This document shows, piece by piece, positions 11,118 through 20,356 of a stretch of DNA of 64,000 nt. The first letter of the stretch is position 1. Every line of letters begins with the position of its first letter. Source of the DNA: an uncultured archaeon (GTDB taxonomy: Archaea > Thermoplasmatota > Penumbrarchaeia > JASLWR01); assembly GCA_964430885.1 (NCBI GenBank), contig CAYSHM010000006.1, positions 64,001 to 128,000 of the forward strand, written 5' to 3'. The translations under genes and the position numbers were made by a program. The notes below the pieces were generated by a model. It worked only from the letters and a program-made list of their open reading frames with translations, did no database searches and was not told where the DNA came from.

Positions 11118-11169
11118 TCTTGTCGCAATATCCATTTTTAATCCTTCAGTGTAGATTCGGGTGATGTAA

Positions 11170-14100
11170 ATGTCAGAAATAAATCTCAAAGGTATTATTC
11201 TGTCTGTTTTTGTGATGTTATTGTTCATATTTGGTTCATTTCAGATGATAGATCTGGAAAGTGATAAGTGTTCAAGCAGAGTTCAATTTAGGAGCGGAGC
11301 TTCTGAATCAGTTAATGAATATATGGTTATTGAACCGGAATATCTCAAAATGACAAGGGGCAATCTCGTGAACGGAGTTGGTTCCTGGAGCTATGAGGTT
11401 GTAAATGACGGTCCTGATGTGGGCTATGATATCTCACTGGCCAGAGGGAATGACGGAAGCATTCACATCTGCTACCACGACGATCCCATTGACCGTATGG
11501 CATATATGAAATGGGAGTCAGGCACCTGGGAAAGAACGCTCCTGGATTACAATATCGTTAAGAACTATGGATCCAGTATAGATCTGGATTCCCATGGCAA
11601 CCCAGGAATGACATATTCGGCAATAGGTGAATTGATATATGTCAGTCTTGTAGGCGGAGATTTTGTCAACCAGACAGTAGATTTTGAGACTGGAGGGTAT
11701 GTGGGAGTGTATTCTTCCCTGAAATACGATTCCAGTAATGACCCGCATATAAGCTATCAGGATGCTTCGCCCGGATTCTTTGATCTGATGTATGCCTATA
11801 ATACGGCGGATACCTGGTATGTTGAGATAGTTGATGACGAAGGAACCAACGGCAAGTTCACCTCATTGGATCTGGATAACAACGGGAAACCCCATATCGC
11901 CTACCAGAAGACGGAAGGATTCGAGCTGAGATATGCTGACAAAACAGGTGCGGCTTGGGATACGGAAACCATAGAGGCGGGTGAAGCGTCCTATGGGTGG
12001 CATAACTCGATAGCGGTAGATTCTAACGGGAGACCTCATATCGCCTATTACGAGAATACCAACGGAATTCTGAAATATGCCCGCTGGACCGGTTCTCAGT
12101 GGTCCATTGAACAGGTGGACCCTGCGGAATATGCAGGTAGTTACCCATCACTTGTTCTGGATGATTCCAACAATCCTCATATCTGCTATTACAGCTCCCG
12201 CTGGAACTCCGATAACGGCCGGTTGAAATATGCCCATAAGACTGGTCAGGGATGGACATTGGAATTTCTGCATAATTCCACTGCCATGGGAAAACATCCT
12301 TCTTTAGTGCTTGATGATGATGAGAGGCCTGTTGTGGCATATACCGATGCTGGTCAGGATGCACTCCGATTATTGAGATGGGATGATGAGGCCCCATCAG
12401 CAAATGCAGGTACGGATATTGTGACCCTCCAGGGAGTGAATACAGATTTTAATGGGTCCGGATCAAGGGACAATTACGGTATTTCCAGCTACGATTGGAC
12501 TTTTGAATACAACGGCTACATGAAATATCTCACCGGAAAGACGCCCTACTACAAGTTCAATGATGTGGGGGTTTACACCATAACCCTCAATGTTACGGAT
12601 AATGCAGGCAACTGGGATCAGGTTGTCTTCAATGTTACCGTTAATGATAATGAGCGACCTTACGCAGATGCCGGTGGCCCTTACAACGGCCCCCAGAACG
12701 AAGCAGTTTATTTCAACGGCAATGTATCATATGATAATGTGGGCATAGACAGCTATACCTGGACATTGGACTACCAGGGAGCTGAAGAGGAGCTGTTTGG
12801 GATAGATCCCTATTTTGTGTTCGGAGAAGCAGGTCAATACAACATTTCTCTCAATGTAACGGATTCAGCTGGGTTTTGGGATACTGACGCTGCTACAGTG
12901 ACCATATGGGATTCTGAGAATCCGGTGGCAGTTGCTGGGAATGACCGGACAATTGATCAAGGTGAAGGAATAACGTTTGATGGGCTTTCCAGCACTGATA
13001 ATACGGAGATAACCGGTTATGAGTGGACCATATTCCTTGAAGGCATGGTAGTAGAGGTTTTCGGAGGAGCTACCCCCAAGTATGTTTTCAATAATGCCGG
13101 GGAATATGTGGTTTCTTTGAATGTTTCTGATTCCACCGGCAACTGGGATATTGATTCCATTACCGTGACGGTTCTGGATACCACCGACCCCACGGTTCAG
13201 GGCGAGGTTCCGGATTCGGTTCCTCAGGGGACCAGGGTGCTATTGAACGCTACGGCTAGTTCAGACAACGTGGGTATTGTGAAGTATAAATGGACCTTCA
13301 ATTACAATGGTATCTCCATGTCACTGAACACTGCTTTAGCCGAATTCACCTTTGAGATAATAGGTCTGTATGATATTGTTTTGAAAGTTGAGGATGCCGA
13401 GGGTAATTATGATACCCTGCATTTTTCATTGAACGTAACAGATACGATGTCCCCTGCAGTAGAGATCACTAGTGCCAGTCCAAAGGAGGTTAATGGCTCT
13501 CTCTATGTTTTCGATGCATCGGGCAGTTCAGATAATATGGATATTGTTCAGTATATCTGGAAGTTCAAAGACAGGGGAAATGATGTCACACTAACTGGAG
13601 ATGTTGTGGAGTATAATTTTACCAAGGGCGGAAAATACAATATCAGTCTCAGAGTATTGGATGCAGCTGGAAATGAGAACGTTTCATTTGTTGTCATATC
13701 TTACGGGAAGGTTTCCCAGGGTGATGACGATTCTTCGTCGGATGACGATTCATCCGATGATGATGATTCAGTTTCGGGAGATAAGGGCAGTGGTGATGAT
13801 GGACCAAATTGGCTCTTGATAATAATATTATTAATGCTGGCAGCCATTATTATAGGTGTCGGAATAGTGGTAGCGGTTTATATGGTGAAGAAGAATAAAG
13901 AGGAGAAGGATGAACCGGATGATGATAGGGTAGAGGGTATTGAAGAAGCCTCTCAACCCCAATCACCCCAGGAGCTCTACGCCCAGCTTTATGGTTCTTC
14001 ACCTCCCAGGGGTCCGGGAGATTACGGAAATGAAGGAGTAGTACCTGGCCACTCAGGACCTCCTCCGGCAGAACGAAGGTCTCCTACTGCCGAACAAGCT

Positions 14101-14241
14101 AAGCAAAAAGCGGTTCAGCAAAAAGCAGCCGCGGAACCTGGAACTCCGCAGCAAAACCCGAATGCCGAAAAAATCGCTCCTGGTAAACCCCGATCACCTC
14201 AGGTTCCCGGCAGCAGTCCGCCTCGACCACCGAAACAATAG
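11170..14241 (+). CDS. Surface protein with beta-propeller repeats and about five PKD domains, TM anchor and Pro-rich cytoplasmic tail
   Basis: Repeats such as SIAVDSNGRPHIAYY and SLVLDDSNNPHICYY. PKD-type repeats A(N/D)AG...S.DN.GI.SY.W...G.Y.ITLNVTD..GN. Asp/Ser linker followed by a TM helix. Confidence 0.8.
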   Translation: MSEINLKGIILSVFVMLLFIFGSFQMIDLESDKCSSRVQFRSGASESVNEYMVIEPEYLKMTRGNLVNGVGSWSYEVVNDGPDVGYDISLARGNDGSIHICYHDDPIDRMAYMKWESGTWERTLLDYNIVKNYGSSIDLDSHGNPGMTYSAIGELIYVSLVGGDFVNQTVDFETGGYVGVYSSLKYDSSNDPHISYQDASPGFFDLMYAYNTADTWYVEIVDDEGTNGKFTSLDLDNNGKPHIAYQKTEGFELRYADKTGAAWDTETIEAGEASYGWHNSIAVDSNGRPHIAYYENTNGILKYARWTGSQWSIEQVDPAEYAGSYPSLVLDDSNNPHICYYSSRWNSDNGRLKYAHKTGQGWTLEFLHNSTAMGKHPSLVLDDDERPVVAYTDAGQDALRLLRWDDEAPSANAGTDIVTLQGVNTDFNGSGSRDNYGISSYDWTFEYNGYMKYLTGKTPYYKFNDVGVYTITLNVTDNAGNWDQVVFNVTVNDNERPYADAGGPYNGPQNEAVYFNGNVSYDNVGIDSYTWTLDYQGAEEELFGIDPYFVFGEAGQYNISLNVTDSAGFWDTDAATVTIWDSENPVAVAGNDRTIDQGEGITFDGLSSTDNTEITGYEWTIFLEGMVVEVFGGATPKYVFNNAGEYVVSLNVSDSTGNWDIDSITVTVLDTTDPTVQGEVPDSVPQGTRVLLNATASSDNVGIVKYKWTFNYNGISMSLNTALAEFTFEIIGLYDIVLKVEDAEGNYDTLHFSLNVTDTMSPAVEITSASPKEVNGSLYVFDASGSSDNMDIVQYIWKFKDRGNDVTLTGDVVEYNFTKGGKYNISLRVLDAAGNENVSFVVISYGKVSQGDDDSSSDDDSSDDDDSVSGDKGSGDDGPNWLLIIILLMLAAIIIGVGIVVAVYMVKKNKEEKDEPDDDRVEGIEEASQPQSPQELYAQLYGSSPPRGPGDYGNEGVVPGHSGPPPAERRSPTAEQAKQKAVQQKAAAEPGTPQQNPNAEKIAPGKPRSPQVPGSSPPRPPKQ

Positions 14242-14593
14242 CTGCTCCTTATCAATTTTAATGGTTTATTCTTCCCTAAATTCATAGTGCATAGAATGAA
14301 ATTTATTAGGAAGCGAATAAATTATATGTCCTTAAAAGGTAATGTCTTTCTATGAAATTTATCATTTGGTCTAGATGAAATGCATCCTTTATTCCATGCC
14401 CTCCAGGTTATTGAAATCAACATGATTTTATTTTCCCTGAAAATGGGTCCTATTTACTAATGGATCAGCAGTGTATGGAATGCTCATGCAGAATAGCATA
14501 AAAAGTAATAAATAAAAGAGCTGGCCATTGGGGCTTTATTACAATTTCAGGTTAAATGGATTGTAGCGTATTATTATAGGAGGTTGAAGGACT

Positions 14594-15223
14594 TTGTCAG
14601 AAGGATTACAGTTGAGGACATTTATATTCATCGATCAGATGCAGCCGCAATTTGCAGCATATCAGGCTACTGTCGGGAGAGGTTATCTGCCAGTATCAGG
14701 TATGGCTGCAATATATATTGAAACTGCACCCGGAATGCCCATCAATCGGGTTACGGATCTGGCATTGAAATATACAAGTGTGAGACCGGCAGAACTAATA
14801 GTGGAGCGAGCTTTTGGAATGTTGGAATTCCATCATGAATCCCAGTCCGAGGTCAGAACAGCGGGAAAAGCCGTTCTAGATGGCCTAGGTTTGGAGGAGA
14901 TGGACAGATATAAACCAAAGGTTGTGACCAATGAGATAATCAAGAAAATAGATGATTACCAGTCAATGATAATCAATCGTTCCTGGAGGGGTATGATGAT
15001 CCTTCATGATCATTCTCTCTTCATTATGGAGACTCAGCCTGCCGCTTATATAACCTATGCCGCAAACGAGGCCGAAAAGGCAGCAGATATCAATATTGTC
15101 GGCATCAGGGCAGCCGGTGCCTTTGGCAGGCTGTACATCAGCGGTTGGGAATCCGATGTCAGGGCCGCAGCGGATGCCGCTACGACGGCCATAGAGGGTA
15201 TTGACGGTAGGGATGATTGGTAG
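14594..15223 (+). CDS. BMC shell protein, permuted tandem-domain trimer (BMC-T, CcmP/CsoS1D/Haliangium T2-like)
   Basis: LRTFIFIDQMQPQFAAY...IETAPG...VERAFGMLEFH...ETQPAAY...AANEAEKAA...GAFGRLY. TTG start preceded by AGGAGG. Confidence 0.92.
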   Translation: MSEGLQLRTFIFIDQMQPQFAAYQATVGRGYLPVSGMAAIYIETAPGMPINRVTDLALKYTSVRPAELIVERAFGMLEFHHESQSEVRTAGKAVLDGLGLEEMDRYKPKVVTNEIIKKIDDYQSMIINRSWRGMMILHDHSLFIMETQPAAYITYAANEAEKAADINIVGIRAAGAFGRLYISGWESDVRAAADAATTAIEGIDGRDDW

Positions 15224-15245
15224 TTCCGCCGACCTAGGTGTCTTT

Positions 15246-15992
15246 ATGGATCCCGACCGTCTCAGGACCATCGTTCTGGAGCAGGTACGGAGATATTTTC
15301 AGAACGAGGGAATGGAGTTCATTCGATATGAAAAGGATTCCGAAGAAGGATCTAAAGGTATATTGATAGTGATAAACCGAACTGATCCATCAATGGACCT
15401 TTTATTCAGCCAGATAAACAATCTGGTATCTGCTGGTCATAACATCACATTGATGAGCACCTCCGAAGTGAGGGCAATATTGGGCCAGCAGGGCTATTGG
15501 TCACTTGACCGGATCACCTACTTGTCTATTGATGATACCCGAAAGGTCAACATGAAAATTGACGAATATTGGTCCCTGCTATTTCCGGTTATAGGTTACT
15601 CCCTGGCCGGAGAGATATCAGCCTTAAAAGATACAAATCCATTGGCGGATTTGGCTTTGACGGCCCTGCGCAGTGGATTGGATGTCGGAGTGGCAGTGGA
15701 TACCCTTGAGACTGTAGGGAAGAAGGCTCGTAGGCCAAAGCTGATCTCCGAGTCCACCAGGATACAGAAGGGCTTATCGGGAATAGGCGTGAGATTGGTA
15801 ACCCTGGAAAATATGGTCAACGAGATGTCCTTTGACAAACGGAGGTTCACAGGCCGAGTGCTGACAGAGGATATAATAAACAGCTATATGTCCCGTGGCG
15901 TGTTCGATATCAATGTGGATGAAGATACTGTGATCACGCCTTTGGCAAGGGAAAGGGCAAGGGAGTTGAACATTCGAATAAATATCATTTAG
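15246..15992 (+). CDS. BMC-associated flavoprotein-like (HFCD/PF02441-like) protein with N-terminal encapsulation-peptide-like helix
   Basis: ATG at 15246 follows an AGGTG SD. N-terminal amphipathic helix MDPDRLRTIVLEQVRRYF. C-terminal VLTEDII...TVITPLARERARELNIRI motif is typical of BMC-locus accessory proteins. Confidence 0.6.
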   Translation: MDPDRLRTIVLEQVRRYFQNEGMEFIRYEKDSEEGSKGILIVINRTDPSMDLLFSQINNLVSAGHNITLMSTSEVRAILGQQGYWSLDRITYLSIDDTRKVNMKIDEYWSLLFPVIGYSLAGEISALKDTNPLADLALTALRSGLDVGVAVDTLETVGKKARRPKLISESTRIQKGLSGIGVRLVTLENMVNEMSFDKRRFTGRVLTEDIINSYMSRGVFDINVDEDTVITPLARERARELNIRINII

Positions 15993-16040
15993 AAATTGAA
16001 TTAATAGGATCAGATATCATAGATCAAGGAGTGTAAGAAA

Positions 16041-16334
16041 ATGAAATTGTGCAGAGTGGTAGGAAATGTGGTAGCCACTGTCAAGGACCGAAACATCGAG
16101 TCCTTCAAGCTGATGATAGTACAACCGGTGGATTTCAAGGAACAGAAGCCCTATGGAGAGCCTCTAGTGGCAATAGATGCGGTTGGTGCCGGCCAAGATG
16201 AGCTGGTCCTGATAGTTCAGGGAAGTTCCGGCAGAATGACCGCTATAACTGACCAGAAACCGTCCGACTGTACGATAATGGCAATTGTGGATTTTGTGAC
16301 CTTAAACGGTGAACAGACCTTTGCAAAACGGTGA
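16041..16334 (+). CDS. BMC vertex pentamer (BMC-P, EutN/CcmL family)
   Basis: MKLCRVVGNVVATVK...VAIDAVGAGQDELVLIVQGSSGR...DCTIMAIVD. Confidence 0.95.
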   Translation: MKLCRVVGNVVATVKDRNIESFKLMIVQPVDFKEQKPYGEPLVAIDAVGAGQDELVLIVQGSSGRMTAITDQKPSDCTIMAIVDFVTLNGEQTFAKR

Positions 16335-16352
16335 TCGAGGGAGGTTTTAATA

Positions 16353-17783
16353 ATGGAGATCAGGCAGGATCAGATAAATAATATTGTGGATGAGATAGTT
16401 AGAAGAGTGGAGCTGGATATGAGCTATGGGAAACCGAACATGGGGCCAGCCAAGCAGGGAGGCACTACAGGTATCTACAGCACTATTGACGAGTGTATTG
16501 AGAAGGCGAAGAAGGCAAGAAAGTTTTTGATGTCAATGTCATTGGATCAAAGGCAGAAGCTGATAGATGCCATGAAAGGGGAGATATTGCAGAACGCAGA
16601 TCCTCTGGCCAAGCTTGCTGTTGAGGAGACTGGATTGGGTCGGTACAAGGACAAGGTGAATAAGAACATTCTGGCTGCGACAAAGACCCCTGGATGCGAG
16701 GACCTGCAGACTGAAGCCCAGACGGGCGACGACGGTCTCACACTGTACGAGATGGGGCCCTTTGGAATTATAGCTTCCATAACACCTACTACCAATCCCA
16801 CGTCAACGATCACATGCAACTCCATCGGCATGATCGCTGCTGGAAACGCTGTTGTGTTCAATCCCCATCCGAGGGCTACCAAGACCAGTCTGGAGACCAT
16901 AAGACTGCTGAACCGGGGTATTCAGTCGGCAGGAGGTCCTACTGATCTTATAACAACGGTTAAAAAACCAACAATTGACACAAGCCAGGCTCTTATGAAC
17001 CATAAGGAGGTCAATCTACTCTGCGTAACCGGCGGTGAAGGAGTGGTGCATTACGGTCTTACCAGAGGGAAAAAATGCATTGCAGCAGGTCCGGGAAATC
17101 CTCCTGTTTTCGTGGACGATACCGCTGATCTGATACGGGCGGGCAGGGATATTGTGGACGGAGCCAGTTTTGACAACAATATCCTCTGTATAGCTGAAAA
17201 AGAGGTTCTGGTATTCGAAAATGTGGCAGATAGGCTAATCTCTGAGATGAGGAAACACGGTGCACATCTGGTCAGCGGAAAGGAGATAGACCGGCTGATA
17301 GATTTGGTATTCAATGATCCCTCGGGAGAGATCCCCCTGGTGAACACCAAATGGGTGGGTCAGGATGCAGGTAAGATACTGCGGAACATAGGAATAACCG
17401 ATAAGTTCAATGCGCGATTGATCCTTGCCGAGGTTCCTCACGATCATCCATTCGTGCTGGCTGAAATGCTAATGCCAATACTGCCCATAGTTAGGGTGAA
17501 ATCCATAGATGAGGCCCTTAAAATTGGTCTGAGAGCCGAACATAGATTCAGACATACCGCAGCTATGCATTCCACAAATGTGGACAATATGACCAAGGTG
17601 GGACGGGCAATGGAAACCACAATATTCGTTAAGAACGCTCCATCCTATGCAGGTCTGGGTTTTGGAGGTGAGGGATACTGCTCCCTTACAATAGCCGGAC
17701 CAACCGGTGAAGGAGTTACAAGGGCGAGGAATTTTGCCAGATTGAGAAGATGTACGCTCAAGGATTCATTCAGAATTGTGTGA
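16353..17783 (+). CDS. CoA-acylating aldehyde dehydrogenase (EutE/PduP family) with N-terminal encapsulation peptide
   Basis: Motifs PTTNPT, TGGEGVV, AGPGNPP, catalytic FDNNILCIAEKE, HTAAMHS and TIAGPTGEG. N-terminal helix QDQINNIVDEIVRRVEL. Confidence 0.93.
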   Translation: MEIRQDQINNIVDEIVRRVELDMSYGKPNMGPAKQGGTTGIYSTIDECIEKAKKARKFLMSMSLDQRQKLIDAMKGEILQNADPLAKLAVEETGLGRYKDKVNKNILAATKTPGCEDLQTEAQTGDDGLTLYEMGPFGIIASITPTTNPTSTITCNSIGMIAAGNAVVFNPHPRATKTSLETIRLLNRGIQSAGGPTDLITTVKKPTIDTSQALMNHKEVNLLCVTGGEGVVHYGLTRGKKCIAAGPGNPPVFVDDTADLIRAGRDIVDGASFDNNILCIAEKEVLVFENVADRLISEMRKHGAHLVSGKEIDRLIDLVFNDPSGEIPLVNTKWVGQDAGKILRNIGITDKFNARLILAEVPHDHPFVLAEMLMPILPIVRVKSIDEALKIGLRAEHRFRHTAAMHSTNVDNMTKVGRAMETTIFVKNAPSYAGLGFGGEGYCSLTIAGPTGEGVTRARNFARLRRCTLKDSFRIV

Positions 17784-17830
17784 ATAATAATCGATAATAA
17801 ATATTTCAGTCCAGCAGATCAGGTGAAAAA

Positions 17831-19192
17831 ATGGCTTCATTGGGAACGGATATGGTAAGGAACTCGGGGATAATAGGTGCGGGTGGTGCAGGTTTTCCTA
17901 CCCATGTCAAGCTGGCAGCTAAGGTTGATTGTGTAATAGCCAATGGTGCCGAATGTGAACCCCTTCTCAAGGCGGATAAGCAGCTCATGGAGCATTTCCC
18001 TGAAAAAATACTGGATGGTATGAAAGCAGCCATGGATATGACGGGAGCCCAGAAAGGTATAATAGCTCTAAAGAGAAAGTATGCGGATGCGGTGTCCTCC
18101 TTCAGAACTCGATTGGCGGATGCTGTGAACGGTAGATATGAAGGAATATCCATATTTGAACTTGAGAACTTCTATCCTGCAGGCGACGAACAGGTCATGG
18201 TCTATGAAGTGTTAGGACGGGTAATTCCCGAAGGCGCCATACCATTGTCAGCAGGTGTTGTTGTGGACAATGTGGGGACCCTGGCCCAAATATCGGAAGC
18301 CATTGAAGGAAAAAATGTTACCCATCGGTGGGTAACGGTCACTGGTGAAGTGGCCTACCCAAAGACCCTTTACATCCCTATAGGTACTTCTATAGAAAAG
18401 ATGCTTGGATTGTGCGGGGGTCCGACAATAACCAATTACAGGATATTATCCGGAGGTCCCATGATGGGACGTCTAGTAAACCTTACCGATAGTGTTCTGA
18501 AAACCACCTCGGGTATCATAGTTTTCCCGGCAGATCATTATGTTGTGAAGGCTAAAACCCGCCCGGTGGAAGTGAATGTTAGGTATACTTTAGCGGCATG
18601 CATTCAGTGCAAAATGTGCACTGATGTATGTCCCAGATTCAATCTGGGTAAGTATGTATGTCCGGACAGTGTGATGAAAGGCATCGCTTACGGAATACTT
18701 TCAAAACCGGAGGATATGACCACCGCATTCCTCTGCGTTGAGTGCGGATTATGCACCCATTACGGATGCCCTATGGGTTTGGACCCCTGCGGTATGATGG
18801 GGAAGGTCAAATCCGAACTTATTTCCGAAGGTATGACGAACCCACATTCAAGGACGGATCTGTCTGCCAGGGAATACAGGCCTTTCAGAAAGGTTCCCCT
18901 AAAAAGATTGATGGCCAGGATGGATCTTTTGAGATATGATGTACCGGCACCCATGGAGCTGAAGGACCTATCGAAGGTTATTACAGAAGTGAATATCCCT
19001 CTTAAACAGCACATAGGCGCGCCTTCGAAACCTGTTGTGAAAGTGGGAGATCAAGTGAAGAAGGGTGAACTGATAGCAGATATTCCAAAAGGTTCTCTGG
19101 GGGCACGGTATCATTCCAGCATTAACGGTGAAGTAACAGGTGTGGATTCCTGCATCAGTATTAGAGCAAAGAAAATCGGAGGAATTGAATGA
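17831..19192 (+). CDS. PduS/RnfC-like NADH-dependent Fe-S flavoprotein
   Basis: GAGGAGFPT, NGAECEP, YPAGDE and GGPMMG motifs. Two 4Fe-4S motifs, CIQCKMCTDVCP and CVECGLCTHYGCP. C-terminal QHIGAP barrel-sandwich domain as in PduS. Confidence 0.9.
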   Translation: MASLGTDMVRNSGIIGAGGAGFPTHVKLAAKVDCVIANGAECEPLLKADKQLMEHFPEKILDGMKAAMDMTGAQKGIIALKRKYADAVSSFRTRLADAVNGRYEGISIFELENFYPAGDEQVMVYEVLGRVIPEGAIPLSAGVVVDNVGTLAQISEAIEGKNVTHRWVTVTGEVAYPKTLYIPIGTSIEKMLGLCGGPTITNYRILSGGPMMGRLVNLTDSVLKTTSGIIVFPADHYVVKAKTRPVEVNVRYTLAACIQCKMCTDVCPRFNLGKYVCPDSVMKGIAYGILSKPEDMTTAFLCVECGLCTHYGCPMGLDPCGMMGKVKSELISEGMTNPHSRTDLSAREYRPFRKVPLKRLMARMDLLRYDVPAPMELKDLSKVITEVNIPLKQHIGAPSKPVVKVGDQVKKGELIADIPKGSLGARYHSSINGEVTGVDSCISIRAKKIGGIE

Positions 19193-19746
19193 GAGAGTCT
19201 ATAGGTCTCATGGAGTTCAACAGCATTGCAAAGGGTATTGAGGTGACGGATGTTCTTCTGAAGGCTTCCGAGGTGGAACTCATATTCTCATCGCCGGTGT
19301 GTCCTGGAAAGTATCTGATAATGATCTCTGGTGAGGTGGAGGCTGTTAAGAATTCACTGGGAAAAGGAGCCGACATATCGGATGGTTTCCTCATCGATCA
19401 AAGTGTAATACCTCAGGTTCATGAAAAGGTGTTCCCAGCCATAGCTGGGACCACACTGCCCGAGGTGATGGGGGCCATTGGTGTCATAGACTGCTATTCT
19501 TCGGTTTCGGCAGTAGTGGCAGCCGATAAAGCGGTGAAATCCGCCGATGTAGATCTGCTGGAGATTCGATTGGCCAGGGCGTTGGGAGGAAAGGCCTTTG
19601 TCATAATAACAGGTGAGGTTGCCGATGTGAGGGCAGGTGTCGATAACGGAGTTGAGTCCATAAAGGAACACGGACTGCTGCTGGGCACAGTGGTAATTCC
19701 GTCCCCCCACCAGGACCTACTGGAAACGTTGATAGGATCGAGATGA
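19189..19746 (+). CDS. PduT-like tandem-domain BMC shell protein (BMC-T) with Fe-S-ligating Cys
   Basis: SIGLMEFNSIAKG...VCPGKY with Cys at residue 38, as in PduT, and a second domain RLARALGGKAFV. ATGA overlap with the pduS-like gene. Confidence 0.92.
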   Translation: MRESIGLMEFNSIAKGIEVTDVLLKASEVELIFSSPVCPGKYLIMISGEVEAVKNSLGKGADISDGFLIDQSVIPQVHEKVFPAIAGTTLPEVMGAIGVIDCYSSVSAVVAADKAVKSADVDLLEIRLARALGGKAFVIITGEVADVRAGVDNGVESIKEHGLLLGTVVIPSPHQDLLETLIGSR

Positions 19747-19843
19747 TCAGATCATAAATTCATATCACGATTAATTAAATTAATTAATTGATGAATAATT
19801 TGAAGAATATAATCAAGAAGATGAAAAATAGAAGTTGATTGAA

Positions 19844-20350
19844 ATGAGAATTTGCAGGGTAATAGGCAATCTGGTATCCACATGCAAGATACCTGATCAC
19901 GAAGGTTTCAAGATACTGGCGGTTCGTGCTGTCGATCTTCACGGCAGAATGCATGGTGAGACCTTTCAGGCTATAGATTGCGCCCAGGCAGGTGTGGGTG
20001 ATTTTGTGCTCGTGATAGAGGAAGGAGGCTCCTGCAGTCAGGTGATGAGCGGAGTTAAGTCGCTAACCCCCAAGGGTGACCGGGTGGCAGTCAACAAGTC
20101 CATTCTTGCTGTTGTGGATTATATTGAGGCTGATGGAGAGCTCAGAAGGCTGGAGCAGACAGCAGAGATGGAAGAGGATGGAGGAAAGAAAAAATTAAGA
20201 AGTACCAAGGTTAAAAGAAAGACCTCCAAGGCTACTGGAAAAAAGGGTAAAGAAAAAAAAAGTGAAAAAACGTCAGGAAAAAATTCCCGCAAACCTGCTA
20301 AAACCTTGGCAACAAAGAAAGGCAAGGGCGGTAAGAAGAAGAAGGGTTGA
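19844..20350 (+). CDS. BMC-P (EutN/CcmL) vertex protein with Lys-rich C-terminal extension
   Basis: MRICRVIGNLVSTCK...AIDCAQAGVGDFVLVIEEGGS...ILAVVD, followed by a ~56-aa tail containing 23 Lys and 3 Arg. Confidence 0.88.
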   Translation: MRICRVIGNLVSTCKIPDHEGFKILAVRAVDLHGRMHGETFQAIDCAQAGVGDFVLVIEEGGSCSQVMSGVKSLTPKGDRVAVNKSILAVVDYIEADGELRRLEQTAEMEEDGGKKKLRSTKVKRKTSKATGKKGKEKKSEKTSGKNSRKPAKTLATKKGKGGKKKKG

Positions 20351-20356
20351 TAGATT

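Noticed and set aside
17831-19192. RnfC subunit of a membrane Rnf complex
   Set aside because: No rnfABDEG genes are nearby. The C-terminal position of the sandwich domain and the coupling to a PduT-like gene indicate PduS.
19770-19790. TTAATTAAATTAATTAA quasi-palindrome between the pduT-like gene and the second BMC-P
   Set aside because: It is pure A/T low-complexity sequence and cannot be distinguished from chance.
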